Positions 1-9,674 of a stretch of DNA of 64,000 bases are shown here, piece after piece (within the stretch, counting starts at the first letter, position 1; each line of letters begins with the position of its first letter). The position numbers and the translations under genes are program-made. The notes under the pieces were generated by a model that did no database searches, was not told where the DNA came from, and saw only the letters and a list, made by a program, of their open reading frames with translations. Origin of the DNA: an uncultured Actinomycetes bacterium (GTDB lineage: Bacteria; Actinomycetota; Thermoleophilia; Gaiellales; Gaiellaceae); contig CAVTGM010000009.1 in the NCBI GenBank assembly GCA_963734285.1, positions 8,663 to 72,662 of the forward strand, given 5' to 3'.

Positions 1-27
1 CTCCGGGCTGAGAGCCCGACCGTCGAG

Positions 28-1030
28 GTGGTGGTCGCGGACGGCCTGGAGCCGATGGGCAAGCTGGTGAAGGCCATCAGCGCCGACGCTGGACGGGTTG
101 TGTTCTTCCGATTCCTGTGGGTGTGGGATCTCGGCTTCTGGTTCTTCGCGCGGGCACGGCCGACGCGCTGGTTCAGCCAGACCCTCTTGACACGAATCGG
201 GGCGCCTGGGCTCGTCAAGCTGATCGATGACGTCCGGCCGGACGTGATCGCGAGCACATATCCGAACACGACCGAGGTGCTCGGCCGACTTCGGCGCCGA
301 GGGCGACTCGAGATACCAGTCTGCGCGGCGATCACGGACCTCGCCGCGCTCGACTACTGGGCCTGTCCCGGCGTTGATGTCCATCTCATCACGCACCCGG
401 AGTCGATCGACGAGGTGCTTCTGGTGGCGGGGCCGAACGCCCGCGTCAGCTGCGTCCACGGCCTGACCGCGCCCGAGTTTCGTGTCCCGCTCGATGCGGC
501 GGTCGCGCGCGCCCAACTCGACCTGCCCGCCGAGGGGAAGGTCGTCCTTGTCTCGGGCGGCGGCTGGGGTGTCGGAGACGTGGGCGGCGCGGTCGATGAA
601 GCGCTGCGCCTGGAGGAGGTGTCACAGGTCGTCTGTCTCTGCGGTCGGAACGAATCGCTTCGAACGAGCCTGGAGGCGCGTTTCAAGGACGGCGCGCGTC
701 CGGGTCGAGGGCTTCACCGACCGGATGCCGGAGTGGATGGCAGCGGCCGACGTTCTCGTCCACTCCACGGGAGGCTTGACCGTCCTCGAGGCTCTCATGC
801 GCGGCCTTCCGGCCATCTCGTACGGCTGGGGTCGCGGCCACGTGCGCGTCAACAATGCTGCGTACCGCCGGTTCGGTCTCGCCGACGTCGTTTCGACGAA
901 AGACGAGCTCTTGCCGGCCATCCGCCGCGCGCTCGACCGCGGTCGCACGTCCGTCGACGGATTCCAGTCTTTGCCGTCCGCCGCTTCTGTCGTGCTTGCT
1001 GCTGCGGAAAGGGCTACCGCGGACCGCTGA
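28..1030 (+). pseudogene. GT28/MGDG-synthase-like glycosyltransferase, frame broken near 690 (pseudogene or 1-nt assembly error)
   Basis: ORF 28..1122 reads a GT-B N-half (ITDLAALDYW, VLVSGGGWGVGD) up to ~690. The conserved C-half ARVRVEGFTDRMPEWMAAADVLVHSTGGLTVLEALMRGLPAI is readable only in the +1 frame (ORF 482..1030, TGA 1028-1030). Confidence 0.6.
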
Positions 1031-1715
1031 GCGGAACCCACGGGAGGTCGAGCCCGTCCGCGGTTTCGAGTATGCGCGGCAGAGCCGCCACTGTTTTCCG
1101 CCATGAGCCCGGCGCGCTGTAGTGGTCGGCGTCGTGCAACAGAACGATGTCGCCGGCAGCGAGTCCGCGGGTAGCGTTTCGCGCGATCGTCGCCGGTGTC
1201 GCGCGACGCGTCCAGTCCCGGCCCCACTTCGACCAGAGAACTGGATGCCATCCGCGCCTCCGCACAAGGTCGAGCGCGCCGGCGCTGAACACGCCATAGG
1301 GCGGCCGATAGCAGCGCGGTGTCTTCCCGGTCGCACCCACGATCGCGTCCAGCCCCCGATCCAGGTCGCGCCCAAGGCCGCCGACGGTCCGGCGGAGCAA
1401 CAGGCGGTGCCGATACCCGTGCAAGCCGATCTCGTGTCCCGCGGCCGCGATCTCGGCCGCGAGCTCCGGGTAACGGTCTACCTGTTCCCCGACGAGGAAG
1501 AACGTGGCGATTGCTCCAGCACTGCGGAGCAGCTCGAGCACCGCCGGAGTTCCCTCCCGGTGCGGCCCGTCGTCGAACGTAAGCGCGACGCCCCTCGTGG
1601 GCTCCGGCAGCTTTCGTTGAAGACGTAGAGCGTTGGCGAGCGGGGCGAATACGGGTGCCGGAGCGGGAGCGAACCACGTGGAGGCGATGGCAAGGCTCCT
1701 CGTCGTTCCGCGCAC
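1014..1715 (-). CDS. Polysaccharide deacetylase (NodB homology domain)
   Basis: Last 233 codons of ORF 1014..2714 carry VALTFDDGPH, FFLVGEQV, HGYRH and LLHDADH motifs. GTG at 1715 is the first plausible start below the stop of the upstream gene (1733). Confidence 0.8.
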   Translation of the reverse strand: MRGTTRSLAIASTWFAPAPAPVFAPLANALRLQRKLPEPTRGVALTFDDGPHREGTPAVLELLRSAGAIATFFLVGEQVDRYPELAAEIAAAGHEIGLHGYRHRLLLRRTVGGLGRDLDRGLDAIVGATGKTPRCYRPPYGVFSAGALDLVRRRGWHPVLWSKWGRDWTRRATPATIARNATRGLAAGDIVLLHDADHYSAPGSWRKTVAALPRILETADGLDLPWVPLSGPR

Positions 1716-1732
1716 GCGACCATCGTCGCAGT

Positions 1733-2593
1733 TCACCGCGCGAGCCCGCCCGAGGCGAGCTCGCTGACCGAATGTGTTCGCGCGACGAGCGTCGTACCGA
1801 CCACTGCGACCAGCAGCCCGGCGACGATCGGGGAGCCGCCGAGCGGAGCGGAAGTCCAGCGCTCGCGCAAGAAGAGCGGTTCCATCACGATCGGGAGGAA
1901 CGTCTGCACGGCGGTCGTCAACGGCACGACGATCGTCGCCGGCCGCCGCTGGAATGCAGTCATGCCGGTCAAGGTCGCCGCGACGCCCATGCCCACTCCG
2001 ACTGCTGCCCAAATGACCGCGCCTGCGAAGTCGCGGGAGCCGATGTCGTCGCTCATCAGCTTCGTCGCGATGTTCGTCGCCGCGAAGCCGGTTCCCGATG
2101 CGACCATGACGAGGAGAGCCGAGTCGAGGCGGGTTCCCCGGACCGCGAATGGCACGAGCCCCGCGATCGAGAGGGCCGCCACCACGGAAGCGACGGCCAG
2201 GATGCTGCGGTGCGTCTCCGTATGTGCTGGTGCGCCGGCCGCCACGAGGGCGACGCCGGCGACGATCGAAACGACGCCGATCCATCCGGGAATGCCAACC
2301 CGTTCGCCGAGCGTCCGCGATCCGATCCAGAGCAGGAGGAGCAGCCCAACCGCGAGCGCAGGCTGAACGACGACGAACGGTGCCGTTGCAAGCGCGAGCA
2401 CCTGCGGACCGATGCCGATGATCCCGAGGAGCCAGCCGATCAACCAACGCGGCCGGCGAAGCAGACGGACGAGAAGGGAGACGCGGAGGCTCAGCGACTT
2501 CGGCGTCGCGCGTGCCTCCAGCGCCTGCAGGGCCAGCCCGACGTTGAACAATGCCGAGGCGACGAGGGCGCTCGCCAGACCGAGCAGCAACAC
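1733..2593 (-). CDS. Polytopic membrane protein, DMT/NIPA-like transporter fold
   Basis: The 286-aa ORF is almost entirely hydrophobic helices (about 9-10 TM) with short Arg/Gly loops. It lies on the same strand, 17 nt upstream of the deacetylase. Confidence 0.55.
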   Translation of the reverse strand: MLLLGLASALVASALFNVGLALQALEARATPKSLSLRVSLLVRLLRRPRWLIGWLLGIIGIGPQVLALATAPFVVVQPALAVGLLLLLWIGSRTLGERVGIPGWIGVVSIVAGVALVAAGAPAHTETHRSILAVASVVAALSIAGLVPFAVRGTRLDSALLVMVASGTGFAATNIATKLMSDDIGSRDFAGAVIWAAVGVGMGVAATLTGMTAFQRRPATIVVPLTTAVQTFLPIVMEPLFLRERWTSAPLGGSPIVAGLLVAVVGTTLVARTHSVSELASGGLAR

Positions 2594-2694
2594 GACGGCA
2601 CCGTAGCCCCCGGTGCGTGCGAGGTGCCGCTACATGCCGGCTCCCCCGTGGGGCGGACGACGACCGGTAGCCGCTACCTTCAAGGTCACTGCGC

Positions 2695-3530
2695 ATGAAC
2701 GCCGCCGCAATCACAGCGTGTCCACCGGCCCAGGTAAGTCACGTCACACAAGTACGCGTGGTGCTGTCCGAGTGGACGAAGTTCCGCTCGGTTCGCTCGA
2801 CGGTTTACACCTTCGTCGTCGGCATCGCAGCGACGATCGCCTTCGCGATCATCCCTGCGGTGATCAACGCGGTGCGCTGGTCGACGATGAGCCTCCAGGA
2901 CAAGCTGACGTTCAACCCGTTGGAGCCGACGTTGATCGGCGTCAACGTGGCGCAGTTGGCAGTCGGGGTGCTCGGCGTTCTCATGATCACCGGCGAGTAC
3001 TCGACCGGAATGATCCGTGCGACGTTCACTGCCGTTCCGAAGCGGCTGCCGGTCCTGTGGGCCAAGGTCGGCGTCTACGGGACGGCCACTCTGATCGTCA
3101 GCGTTCCCGCAACGCTGATCGCCTTCTTCTCCGCACAGTCGATCCTTGCGGGGCACACCCTGTTCGGTCGCGACATTTCCCTGTCGATCACGGACCCCGG
3201 CGTCGCCCGGGTGGTCGTCGGCGGCGCGCTGTATCTCACACTCGCGGGACTCTTCGGTCTCGGGCTCGGCGCGATCGTTCGGAACACCGCCGGCGGAATC
3301 GGAGCGTTCGCGGCAATCCTGTTCGTGATTCCGCCGGTGCTGACGCTGCTTCCGTCGAGCTGGGACGATGCGATCTCGCCGTACCTTCCCAGCAACGCTG
3401 GGCAGGCGATCATGCAGTTCGGCGTTCCCGACCATACGCTCGGGCCGTGGACTGGTCTGGCGCTCTTCACCGGGTACACCGCATCACGATCGCCGCGGCT
3501 GCTGTTCTGCTCTGGAGACGCGACGTCTAG
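2695..3530 (+). pseudogene. ABC-2 type transporter permease, frame broken near 3483
   Basis: It has the SEWTKFRSVRST N-terminal motif and multiple TM helices typical of ABC-2 permeases. The natural C-terminus ITIAAAAVLLWRRDV-stop (TAG 3528-3530) lies in another frame (ORF 2613..3530). As assembled it reads through into the next gene. Confidence 0.6.
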
Positions 3531-3543
3531 AAGCGCGCTGCTG

Positions 3544-4701
3544 ATGCTCGTCGGACTTGCTGCGGCCGCCACCGTCCTGGGCGGGTGCGGCGGGACGAAA
3601 CGCAGCACGACGACGACCAACGCCGCGACCGTCGGTCTCCCGCTCGACCGCTACGGGACCACCTGGCTGTGCCGACCCGGCATGGCGGACGATCCCTGTA
3701 CGGCGGGCCTGACCTCCACCACGATCGCACGCAACGGGTCGACCCGGGCGGAGTCTGCCGCCGTCGCGCGCGATCCGAAGGTCGACTGTTTCTACGTGTA
3801 CCCGACCATCAGCGACGAGTCGACGATCAACTCCGACCTCGCGATCGGGGTCCGGCAGGCGGAGGTTGCGATCGCGCAGGCCTCGCGGTTCTCCCAGGTC
3901 TGTCGTGTCTACGCACCGGTCTACCGGCAGATCACCCTGAGCGCGCTGGATCACCCTGGTCGCATCACGCTCGCAGATGCGTTGATCGCATACGACAGCG
4001 TGCTCTCGGCGTTTCGCACCTACCTCGCCCATTACAACCAAGGCCGAGGAATCGTGTTCATCGGGCACTCGCAGGGAGCGTCGATACTGATCAAGCTGCT
4101 CAAGAGTCAAGTCGACAACAATCCCGCGCTTCGCCGTCACGTCGTCTCCGCACTCTTGCTCGGCGGCAACGTCACCGTCGCGAAAGGTGACACCGTCGGT
4201 GGCGATTTCAAGCACCTCCCGCTTTGCGGCTCGAGCACGCAGACCCGTTGCGTCGTTGCCTACTCGACCTTCGCGAGCAAACCACCGAAGAACAGCCAAT
4301 TCGGTCGCACGACGTCGGACGCCGGCGTCAGCCTGCTCGCCCCGCACAAGCTGAAGCCGAACGTCGCGATCGCTTGCGTGAACCCGGCCGCCCCAGCCGG
4401 CGGACAGGCGCGTCTCGACCCCTACGTTCCGGCGATCTTTCTCCAGTTCCTCGGCGCAGGCGCCACGCTGCAGGTGAGCACCCCGTGGGTGTCCTTCCCG
4501 AGTGAGTACACAGCCGTCTGCAAGACGTCAGGTACCGCGACATGGCTGCAGGTCAGGCATACGCCGGGGATCCGCGACCAGCGGCCGCTACTTGCAGACC
4601 TAAGCGATCCCTCGCTCGGCCTGCACATCCTCGACGTCAACATCGCGCTCGGCAACCTCGTGCACCTCGTGCGCGACGAGGCCGCTGCGTATAACGGCTA
4701 G
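3544..4701 (+). CDS. Secreted lipoprotein, DUF3089-like alpha/beta hydrolase
   Basis: Lipobox MLVGLAAAATVLGG-C, a DCFYVYPT motif and a GHSQGA nucleophile elbow. This is the second half of ORF 2695..4701, stop 4699-4701. Confidence 0.65.
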   Translation: MLVGLAAAATVLGGCGGTKRSTTTTNAATVGLPLDRYGTTWLCRPGMADDPCTAGLTSTTIARNGSTRAESAAVARDPKVDCFYVYPTISDESTINSDLAIGVRQAEVAIAQASRFSQVCRVYAPVYRQITLSALDHPGRITLADALIAYDSVLSAFRTYLAHYNQGRGIVFIGHSQGASILIKLLKSQVDNNPALRRHVVSALLLGGNVTVAKGDTVGGDFKHLPLCGSSTQTRCVVAYSTFASKPPKNSQFGRTTSDAGVSLLAPHKLKPNVAIACVNPAAPAGGQARLDPYVPAIFLQFLGAGATLQVSTPWVSFPSEYTAVCKTSGTATWLQVRHTPGIRDQRPLLADLSDPSLGLHILDVNIALGNLVHLVRDEAAAYNG

Positions 4702-4817
4702 CGCTCGCAAAGCCAGGGTACGCGTTTGTTGGGTGGGTGCCAATCGCTGATCCAACTCGGGCGCCGTCTCGTCATCAGAGGGCGGTGTTGACCTGGCGCG
4801 CAGTCTCAGAATTCGGT

Positions 4818-5585
4818 TTACCGAGCGACCGTCACCGCCGCGTGGACATACCTGCTGACGGCCGTGGCCGACAGCGATCCCGTGGGCAACTCGACGACGA
4901 ACGCGGTTGTGCCGGGGACGGCGTGGTTCTCCCAGCCGACAGGGCTTCCTGGTTCGCGGGTGAGCCGGGCGAGCGGCAGGCCGACGAGCTTGGCGAAGCG
5001 CTGCTCGATCGTGAGGGTGCCTCCCGATTCGTCGACAAGGCCCATGTGTTGATGGAACCAGATCGTGATCTGCGGTCGCACTTTCCGGATCAGCCGGGAG
5101 GCGATCCGGCTTTCCGGCTCAGACAGCGCCCGGGATCCCGAGTAGAAGAGTCCGCTCAGGCGTTGCCAGTGCCAGGGAAAGTTGCGATTGAGATCGACGC
5201 CGTGAGCGTTGCCGCGGGTTCGGGCAGCGACGCCGTCCGGGTTGAGGACTGGGATGACCCAGAGGTCGAGTTCGTGCGGCGGGGATATGTGGGCGAGCCG
5301 GTTGGCGATCGCGATCCCCGCTGGCTCGTTGCCGTGGATGCAGCCAACAACGAGGACGCGCTTTGACGCGTCGAAGTCGCCGGTCTCGATCGCGACGATT
5401 GGGCGGCCGTCGACCGATCGGCCGAGGAGGGTCTGATGGCGACCGGCCGGGTCGGCAGCTGCCCCGCCGGCGGTCGCATGGGCAAGGAAGAGGGCAAGCG
5501 CGAACACGCAGCTCGTCCGAGCCGACACGCTGCGCTCCCGCCGAACAGTGGCGCCGGGGAGAGTCGCAGGACGTGGACGGATCAC
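4818..5585 (-). CDS. M14 family zinc carboxypeptidase (MpaA / gamma-D-Glu-DAP peptidase-like), secreted
   Basis: CIHGNEPAG zinc-binding motif, NPDG, DLNRNFP and a signal-like N-terminus. Its start overlaps the stop of the upstream ATP-grasp gene by ATGA. Confidence 0.75.
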   Translation of the reverse strand: MIRPRPATLPGATVRRERSVSARTSCVFALALFLAHATAGGAAADPAGRHQTLLGRSVDGRPIVAIETGDFDASKRVLVVGCIHGNEPAGIAIANRLAHISPPHELDLWVIPVLNPDGVAARTRGNAHGVDLNRNFPWHWQRLSGLFYSGSRALSEPESRIASRLIRKVRPQITIWFHQHMGLVDESGGTLTIEQRFAKLVGLPLARLTREPGSPVGWENHAVPGTTAFVVELPTGSLSATAVSRYVHAAVTVAR

Positions 5586-6841
5586 CGGGCGACGTTTACG
5601 CGGATGAGGCGGGTCGCGAGTCGCGCGAGTTCGAGAGCTTGGCGTTGATCGTCGGCGGTTGCGATGACGTATCCGCGTCGGTCAGCATCGACCTGCACGG
5701 GACGGATGGTTTCCCCGATTTGGATGTATGTATCCGCTTGGAGGATGCCGGCGGCCGCGCGTACGCGGTCGAGGCCGTGGACCGACATGACAGTGCCGGT
5801 CGGCAGGATCCCGGGGCTGGCGGTGAGGAAGCTGACGGCGAGTGGGCGGTGGAAGCGTGCGGTGACCATTGTGTCCGTGACGGGGTCGCCAAGCGCCTGG
5901 GCGAGCGCGATCTCGACCAGGTCGATGCCCGTTCCGAGCCGAACGAGGTCGGTCATCTGTCCGGCGGGTATGCGCGCCGCCACCTCGACGACGAAGACGT
6001 TGCCCGTGTCGGTGACGAGCAGCTGTGGGAACGCGATTCCGTTGCGAAGGCCCAGCGCCCGCACGGCGCTGATGGCAAGCTCGCCTGCGGTCTCGAGGTA
6101 CGCGTGCGCGATCTCTGAGGGATAGAGATGGATCCAACCGACGCCGAAGCCCAAGCCGGGTGGGCGCAAGCGATCGGAGAGCGTCAGCAGCGTGGGATTC
6201 CCGTCGCGAGCGACAACAATCGCGTTCAGTTCCTGGCCTTCGATGTAGCGCTCCAATATCGCCCGCCTGCTTCGCGAGAAGGTGAGCGCGAGCGGGAGTT
6301 GCCTGGCCAGTGACGCGTGGTCGTCGATTCGGTATACGCCCCGCTGGCCTCCCGAGTCGGCGGGCTTGAGGACGGCAGGGCACCCGATCGCATCGAGTTC
6401 CCAGGTCGGTTCGACCTCGTCGCTCAGCACTGTGAACGCGGGCTGTGGGATCGCGTGCTCCTGTAGGCGGGCTCGCATGGCGGCCTTGTCGGTCATGACG
6501 TAGGCCGTCTTGGTTCCGATACCCGGGAGGCCGAGCAGATTGGCGACCGCGGCCGCAATTGGAACTGCGCGGTCAGTCGAGATGGCGACCACCGCATCGA
6601 CCCGGTGACGACGGGCAGCCTGCGTCACGCGATCCACATCGGTGAAGTCGATCGTCTCGGCGACGTTGGCCTCATGCAAACCCACTGCATGCGGATCGGC
6701 GTCGACCGCGACGACCCGCCAACCCGCCGCCCTCGCTTGCTTGATCGCAGCGACCTGCGAGACGCTCGCGCCCAGGAAGAGGACGGTTGGCACTGGTGGG
6801 CGATCGTAGGCCGGAGAGCATGCCGCACCTGCTCTGTTCAT
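5582..6841 (-). CDS. ATP-grasp domain ligase
   Basis: Pre-ATP-grasp Rossmann segment VLFLGASVSQVAAIKQARAAGWRVVAVD, LKPADSGGQRGV, EGQELN and VVEVAARIPAG. An alternative GTG start at 6793 gives MPTVLFLGAS. Confidence 0.75.
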   Translation of the reverse strand: MNRAGAACSPAYDRPPVPTVLFLGASVSQVAAIKQARAAGWRVVAVDADPHAVGLHEANVAETIDFTDVDRVTQAARRHRVDAVVAISTDRAVPIAAAVANLLGLPGIGTKTAYVMTDKAAMRARLQEHAIPQPAFTVLSDEVEPTWELDAIGCPAVLKPADSGGQRGVYRIDDHASLARQLPLALTFSRSRRAILERYIEGQELNAIVVARDGNPTLLTLSDRLRPPGLGFGVGWIHLYPSEIAHAYLETAGELAISAVRALGLRNGIAFPQLLVTDTGNVFVVEVAARIPAGQMTDLVRLGTGIDLVEIALAQALGDPVTDTMVTARFHRPLAVSFLTASPGILPTGTVMSVHGLDRVRAAAGILQADTYIQIGETIRPVQVDADRRGYVIATADDQRQALELARLATRLIRVNVAR

Positions 6842-7205
6842 TCAGGCTTAACGCGAGTACAACCGCAGCGCTACAGAAGCATCGCTGCAGTAGCTCGCAG
6901 ACGAGATCGGGCGTCCCGCCTGGAAGGTGATCGCCGTTGCGGGTAGCGCTCCCATCGCCGGCGCGACCGTCGCCGTACGGGCTCCCCGTGCGTGCGGGAG
7001 CGGCCGGCGCGGATAGCTCGCTCTGAAGATCGCGTGTGCGTCACCGCCCGCCGAAAAAGGCACGAGTGAGCTTCTCACGCAAATCGGATGCATCCGCGTC
7101 GGGCGCACCTCTGTAGACCGGCTGTAGATCGATGCAGGAAGCTGCGCGGAACGAGGGCTCCAATCGAGAGCCTCGCGCTCGCTTTCCAAAAGGCCTCGCG
7201 GCGAG

Positions 7206-7277
7206 TGCCCCCGGGCCGGATCGAACGGCCGCACGCGGTTTAGGAAACCACTGCTCTATCCACTGAGCTACGGGGGC
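7206..7277 (-). tRNA. tRNA-Arg (anticodon CCT)
   Basis: The minus strand reads GCCCCCG-TA-GCTC-AGTGGATA-GAGC-A-GTGGT-TTCCTAA-ACCGC-GTGC-GGCCG-TTCGATC-CGGCC-CGGGGGC-A. This is a full cloverleaf with anticodon loop TT-CCT-AA; CCA is not encoded. Confidence 0.85.
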
Positions 7278-7297
7278 GCGGGAAAAGTCTAGAGCCG

Positions 7298-7750
7298 CTA
7301 CGCGGCGGATTCGGTCCTGCGCCTGCGGTGCAGATCGAGCCCCGTCACCTCGCCGCCGCACGCGGCGCATGTGTGCTTCAGGTCGAGCTCGGCGCCGCAC
7401 TCGTGCAGCCACGTCGCATGCGTGGTCTCGTCGGTCCAGCGCGCGCCCCACTCGGCGAGCGAGAGGAGGATCGGGCGCAGTTCGTCACCGGCCTGCGTCA
7501 GCCCGTACTCGTACCGCGGTGGGTGGAGCTGGTACAGCCGCTTCTCGACGACGCCCTCCGACTCGAGGCGCCGGAGCCGGCTCGTGAGGATGTCGCGCGG
7601 TGCGCCGGTGTTGCGCTGAATCGCGTCGAACCGGTGGACGCCGAGTGACAACTCCCGGACGACGAGAAGGGACCACTTCTCGCCGATCACCGCCAGGGAA
7701 GCGGCGATGCTGCAGGCACGGGGGCTGGTCTGCTCGGTCACGTTCACCAT
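7298..7750 (-). CDS. HxlR family transcriptional regulator
   Basis: Last 150 codons of ORF 7298..8119, starting MVNVTEQ, include CSIAASLAVIGEKWSLLVVRELSLGVHRFDAIQRNTGAPRDILTSRLRRLESEGVV, a typical HxlR winged helix. Confidence 0.8.
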   Translation of the reverse strand: MVNVTEQTSPRACSIAASLAVIGEKWSLLVVRELSLGVHRFDAIQRNTGAPRDILTSRLRRLESEGVVEKRLYQLHPPRYEYGLTQAGDELRPILLSLAEWGARWTDETTHATWLHECGAELDLKHTCAACGGEVTGLDLHRRRRTESAA

Positions 7751-7765
7751 TCTGCCACAGGTGGG

Positions 7766-7794
7766 TTGACTTTTCCAACCCTCTAGGGTAGGTT
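7766..7794 (+). promoter_or_regulatory. Putative promoter TTGACT-N17-TAGGTT for the GNAT gene, overlapping a GGTTG-N7-CAACC palindrome
   Basis: The site lies in an AT-richer 57-bp divergent spacer between the HxlR and GNAT genes. The -10 ends 14 nt before ATG 7808. TTTTCCAAC occurs twice (7771-7779 and 7795-7803). Confidence 0.35.
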
Positions 7795-7807
7795 TTTCCA
7801 ACTGACT

Positions 7808-8305
7808 ATGGAGACCAGGGCTCTCGATCTCTCGCACGGCCTGACGATCGTCGTCCGTCCTCTTGCAAACGGCGATGTGGAGACGGTTGCCGCCGTCTTC
7901 GGCCGCCTCGGGAACGAGTCCCGCCGCCTCCGCTTCAACGGGGCGAAGCCCTGCCTCTCCGACCGGGAGCTGGGCGACCTTGCGCGCATCGACGCGACGC
8001 ACCACGCGCTCGTGGCGCACGTCGTCGGCGATCCCCGCCCTGCCGCTATCGCGCAGCTCGTCCGCTCGAGCCGCGAGAGCGCCGAGATCGCATTCGTCGT
8101 CGCCGACGAGCATCAGCACCGCGGTATCGGCTCAGCTCTGACACGCATGCTGCTCGACGACGCGCGCGCGGCGGGCATCAAGGAGATCACTGCGCTCGCG
8201 AGCGGCGACAACCGCGCTGCGCTCGCGCTCATCCGCCGGACGGCCTCCATCCTCGAGGTTCGCCTCGAAGGGCCGGAGCAGTCGATCCGCGCCGCCATCG
8301 CGTAG
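7808..8305 (+). CDS. GNAT family N-acetyltransferase
   Basis: The 165-aa ORF carries the acetyl-CoA binding motif QHRGIGSALTRML and is divergent from the HxlR regulator. Confidence 0.75.
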   Translation: METRALDLSHGLTIVVRPLANGDVETVAAVFGRLGNESRRLRFNGAKPCLSDRELGDLARIDATHHALVAHVVGDPRPAAIAQLVRSSRESAEIAFVVADEHQHRGIGSALTRMLLDDARAAGIKEITALASGDNRAALALIRRTASILEVRLEGPEQSIRAAIA

Positions 8306-8324
8306 CCCGCGGTACATTCAGCGC

Positions 8325-9674
8325 ATGGACGTGCGCTCCCTGCTCGACGGCGCCGGCGAGAGCGACCTCGACCTGTGGGCGCGCACGATCAATCCGCAAT
8401 TCGTGCGCGTGCTTCGCACGATCGGCTTCGACCGCACGTGGGCACGGGCCGAGGGCGCGTACCTCTACGACAGCGACGGGACGCGCTACCTCGACCTGCT
8501 CGGCGGATTCGGGATGTACAACGTCGGCCGCAACAACCGCGGCGTCCGCGCCGCGTTGATCGAAGCGCTCGAGCTGGACACGCCGGGGATGCTCGCGATG
8601 GGCGTCACCGCGCTCCCGGGACTGCTCGCCGACGCGTTGCTCGTGCGCACGCCGCCGCGCATCGAGCGCTGCCTCTTCACGAGCTCCGGCACGGAGGCGA
8701 ACGAGGCCGCGTTCAAGCTCGGCCGCGCAGCGACGAAGCGTGCGCGCGTCATCTCCACCGACCACGGCTTCCACGGGCTCACGCTCGGCGCGCTCAGCGC
8801 GAACGGCAACCCGGAGTTCACTGCGCGCTTCCAGCCGCTGCTCCCGGGCTTCGACCGGGTCCCCTTCGGCGACCTAGACGCGCTCGAGGCGCAGCTGAAA
8901 CAAGAGGACGTCGCCGTCTTCATCGTCGAGGCGGTGCAGGGGAAGGGGATCAACATCCCGCCCGCCGGTTACCTCGAAGGCGCGCAGGCGCTGTGCCGCC
9001 GCTACGGCACGCTCTTCTGCGTCGACGAGGTCATGACCGGTTTCGGCCGCACGGGGACGATGTTCGCGTTCGAGCACTGGGGTCTCGAGCCGGACCTGGT
9101 CACCGTCGCGAAGTCGCTCTCCGGCGGCTACGTCCCAGTCGGCGCGCTACTGATGTCGCGCGCCGTGCACGAGGCCGTGTTCGACTCGATGCCCCACGCG
9201 ATGTCGCACGGATCGACCTTCGCGCCGAACGAGCTCGCGATGGTCGCAGGCCTCGCGATGCTGCACGAGCTCGACGAGCAGGGCCTGGTCGAGCGCTCCG
9301 CGCAACTCGGCGAGCGCTTGCTCGAGCAGACGCGCCCGCTCGTGGACGAGTTCGACGTCGTTCGCGACGTGCGCGGCATCGGCCTCATGTGGGCGATCGA
9401 GTTCGAGGGCGACGGCTTTGCCTACCGCATGCTCGAGCGCGCGCAGCGCGGGCTCTTCGCGCAGCTCGTCGTCGTGCCGCTCTTCACCGACCACCGCATC
9501 CTCACGCAGGTCGCCGGCCACGACATGGCGGTCGTCCGCATTCTGCCGCCGTTCGTCCTCTCGGACGAGGACGTCGACGAGTTCGCCGACGCGCTCCGCA
9601 CGACCGTGAAGCGAGCGCGGCGCATGCCGAGCTCGCTGACGAAGTTCGCGCTGACCGCCGCCGGCGTGCGTTAG
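8325..9674 (+). CDS. Class III pyridoxal-phosphate aminotransferase (acetylornithine/GABA aminotransferase family)
   Basis: 449 aa with SGTEANEAAFKL, DEVMTGFGRTG, and TVAKSLSGG containing the PLP lysine. Confidence 0.85.
   Translation: MDVRSLLDGAGESDLDLWARTINPQFVRVLRTIGFDRTWARAEGAYLYDSDGTRYLDLLGGFGMYNVGRNNRGVRAALIEALELDTPGMLAMGVTALPGLLADALLVRTPPRIERCLFTSSGTEANEAAFKLGRAATKRARVISTDHGFHGLTLGALSANGNPEFTARFQPLLPGFDRVPFGDLDALEAQLKQEDVAVFIVEAVQGKGINIPPAGYLEGAQALCRRYGTLFCVDEVMTGFGRTGTMFAFEHWGLEPDLVTVAKSLSGGYVPVGALLMSRAVHEAVFDSMPHAMSHGSTFAPNELAMVAGLAMLHELDEQGLVERSAQLGERLLEQTRPLVDEFDVVRDVRGIGLMWAIEFEGDGFAYRMLERAQRGLFAQLVVVPLFTDHRILTQVAGHDMAVVRILPPFVLSDEDVDEFADALRTTVKRARRMPSSLTKFALTAAGVR

Noticed and set aside
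6844-6854. The shared 11-mer AGGCTTAACGC at 6844-6854 and 20454-20464, each followed by CTACAG nearby, considered as a possible regulatory motif.
   Set aside because: With about 64 kb on two strands, hundreds of chance 11-mer coincidences are expected. Flanks do not align and the positions relative to genes differ.
6848-7093. The 81-codon ORF ending 4 nt upstream of the ATP-grasp gene as a RiPP precursor gene.
   Set aside because: GC3 is about 72%, which is background-like against roughly 90% in real genes here. There is no RBS and no recognisable leader/core pattern. It is mentioned only as something to test in the ATP-grasp finding.
7206-7277. tRNA-Arg as an integration site of a genomic island or prophage.
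   Set aside because: No integrase, no direct repeat of the tRNA 3' end, and no compositional shift were found in the flanking 10 kb. The neighbours are ordinary metabolic and regulatory genes.
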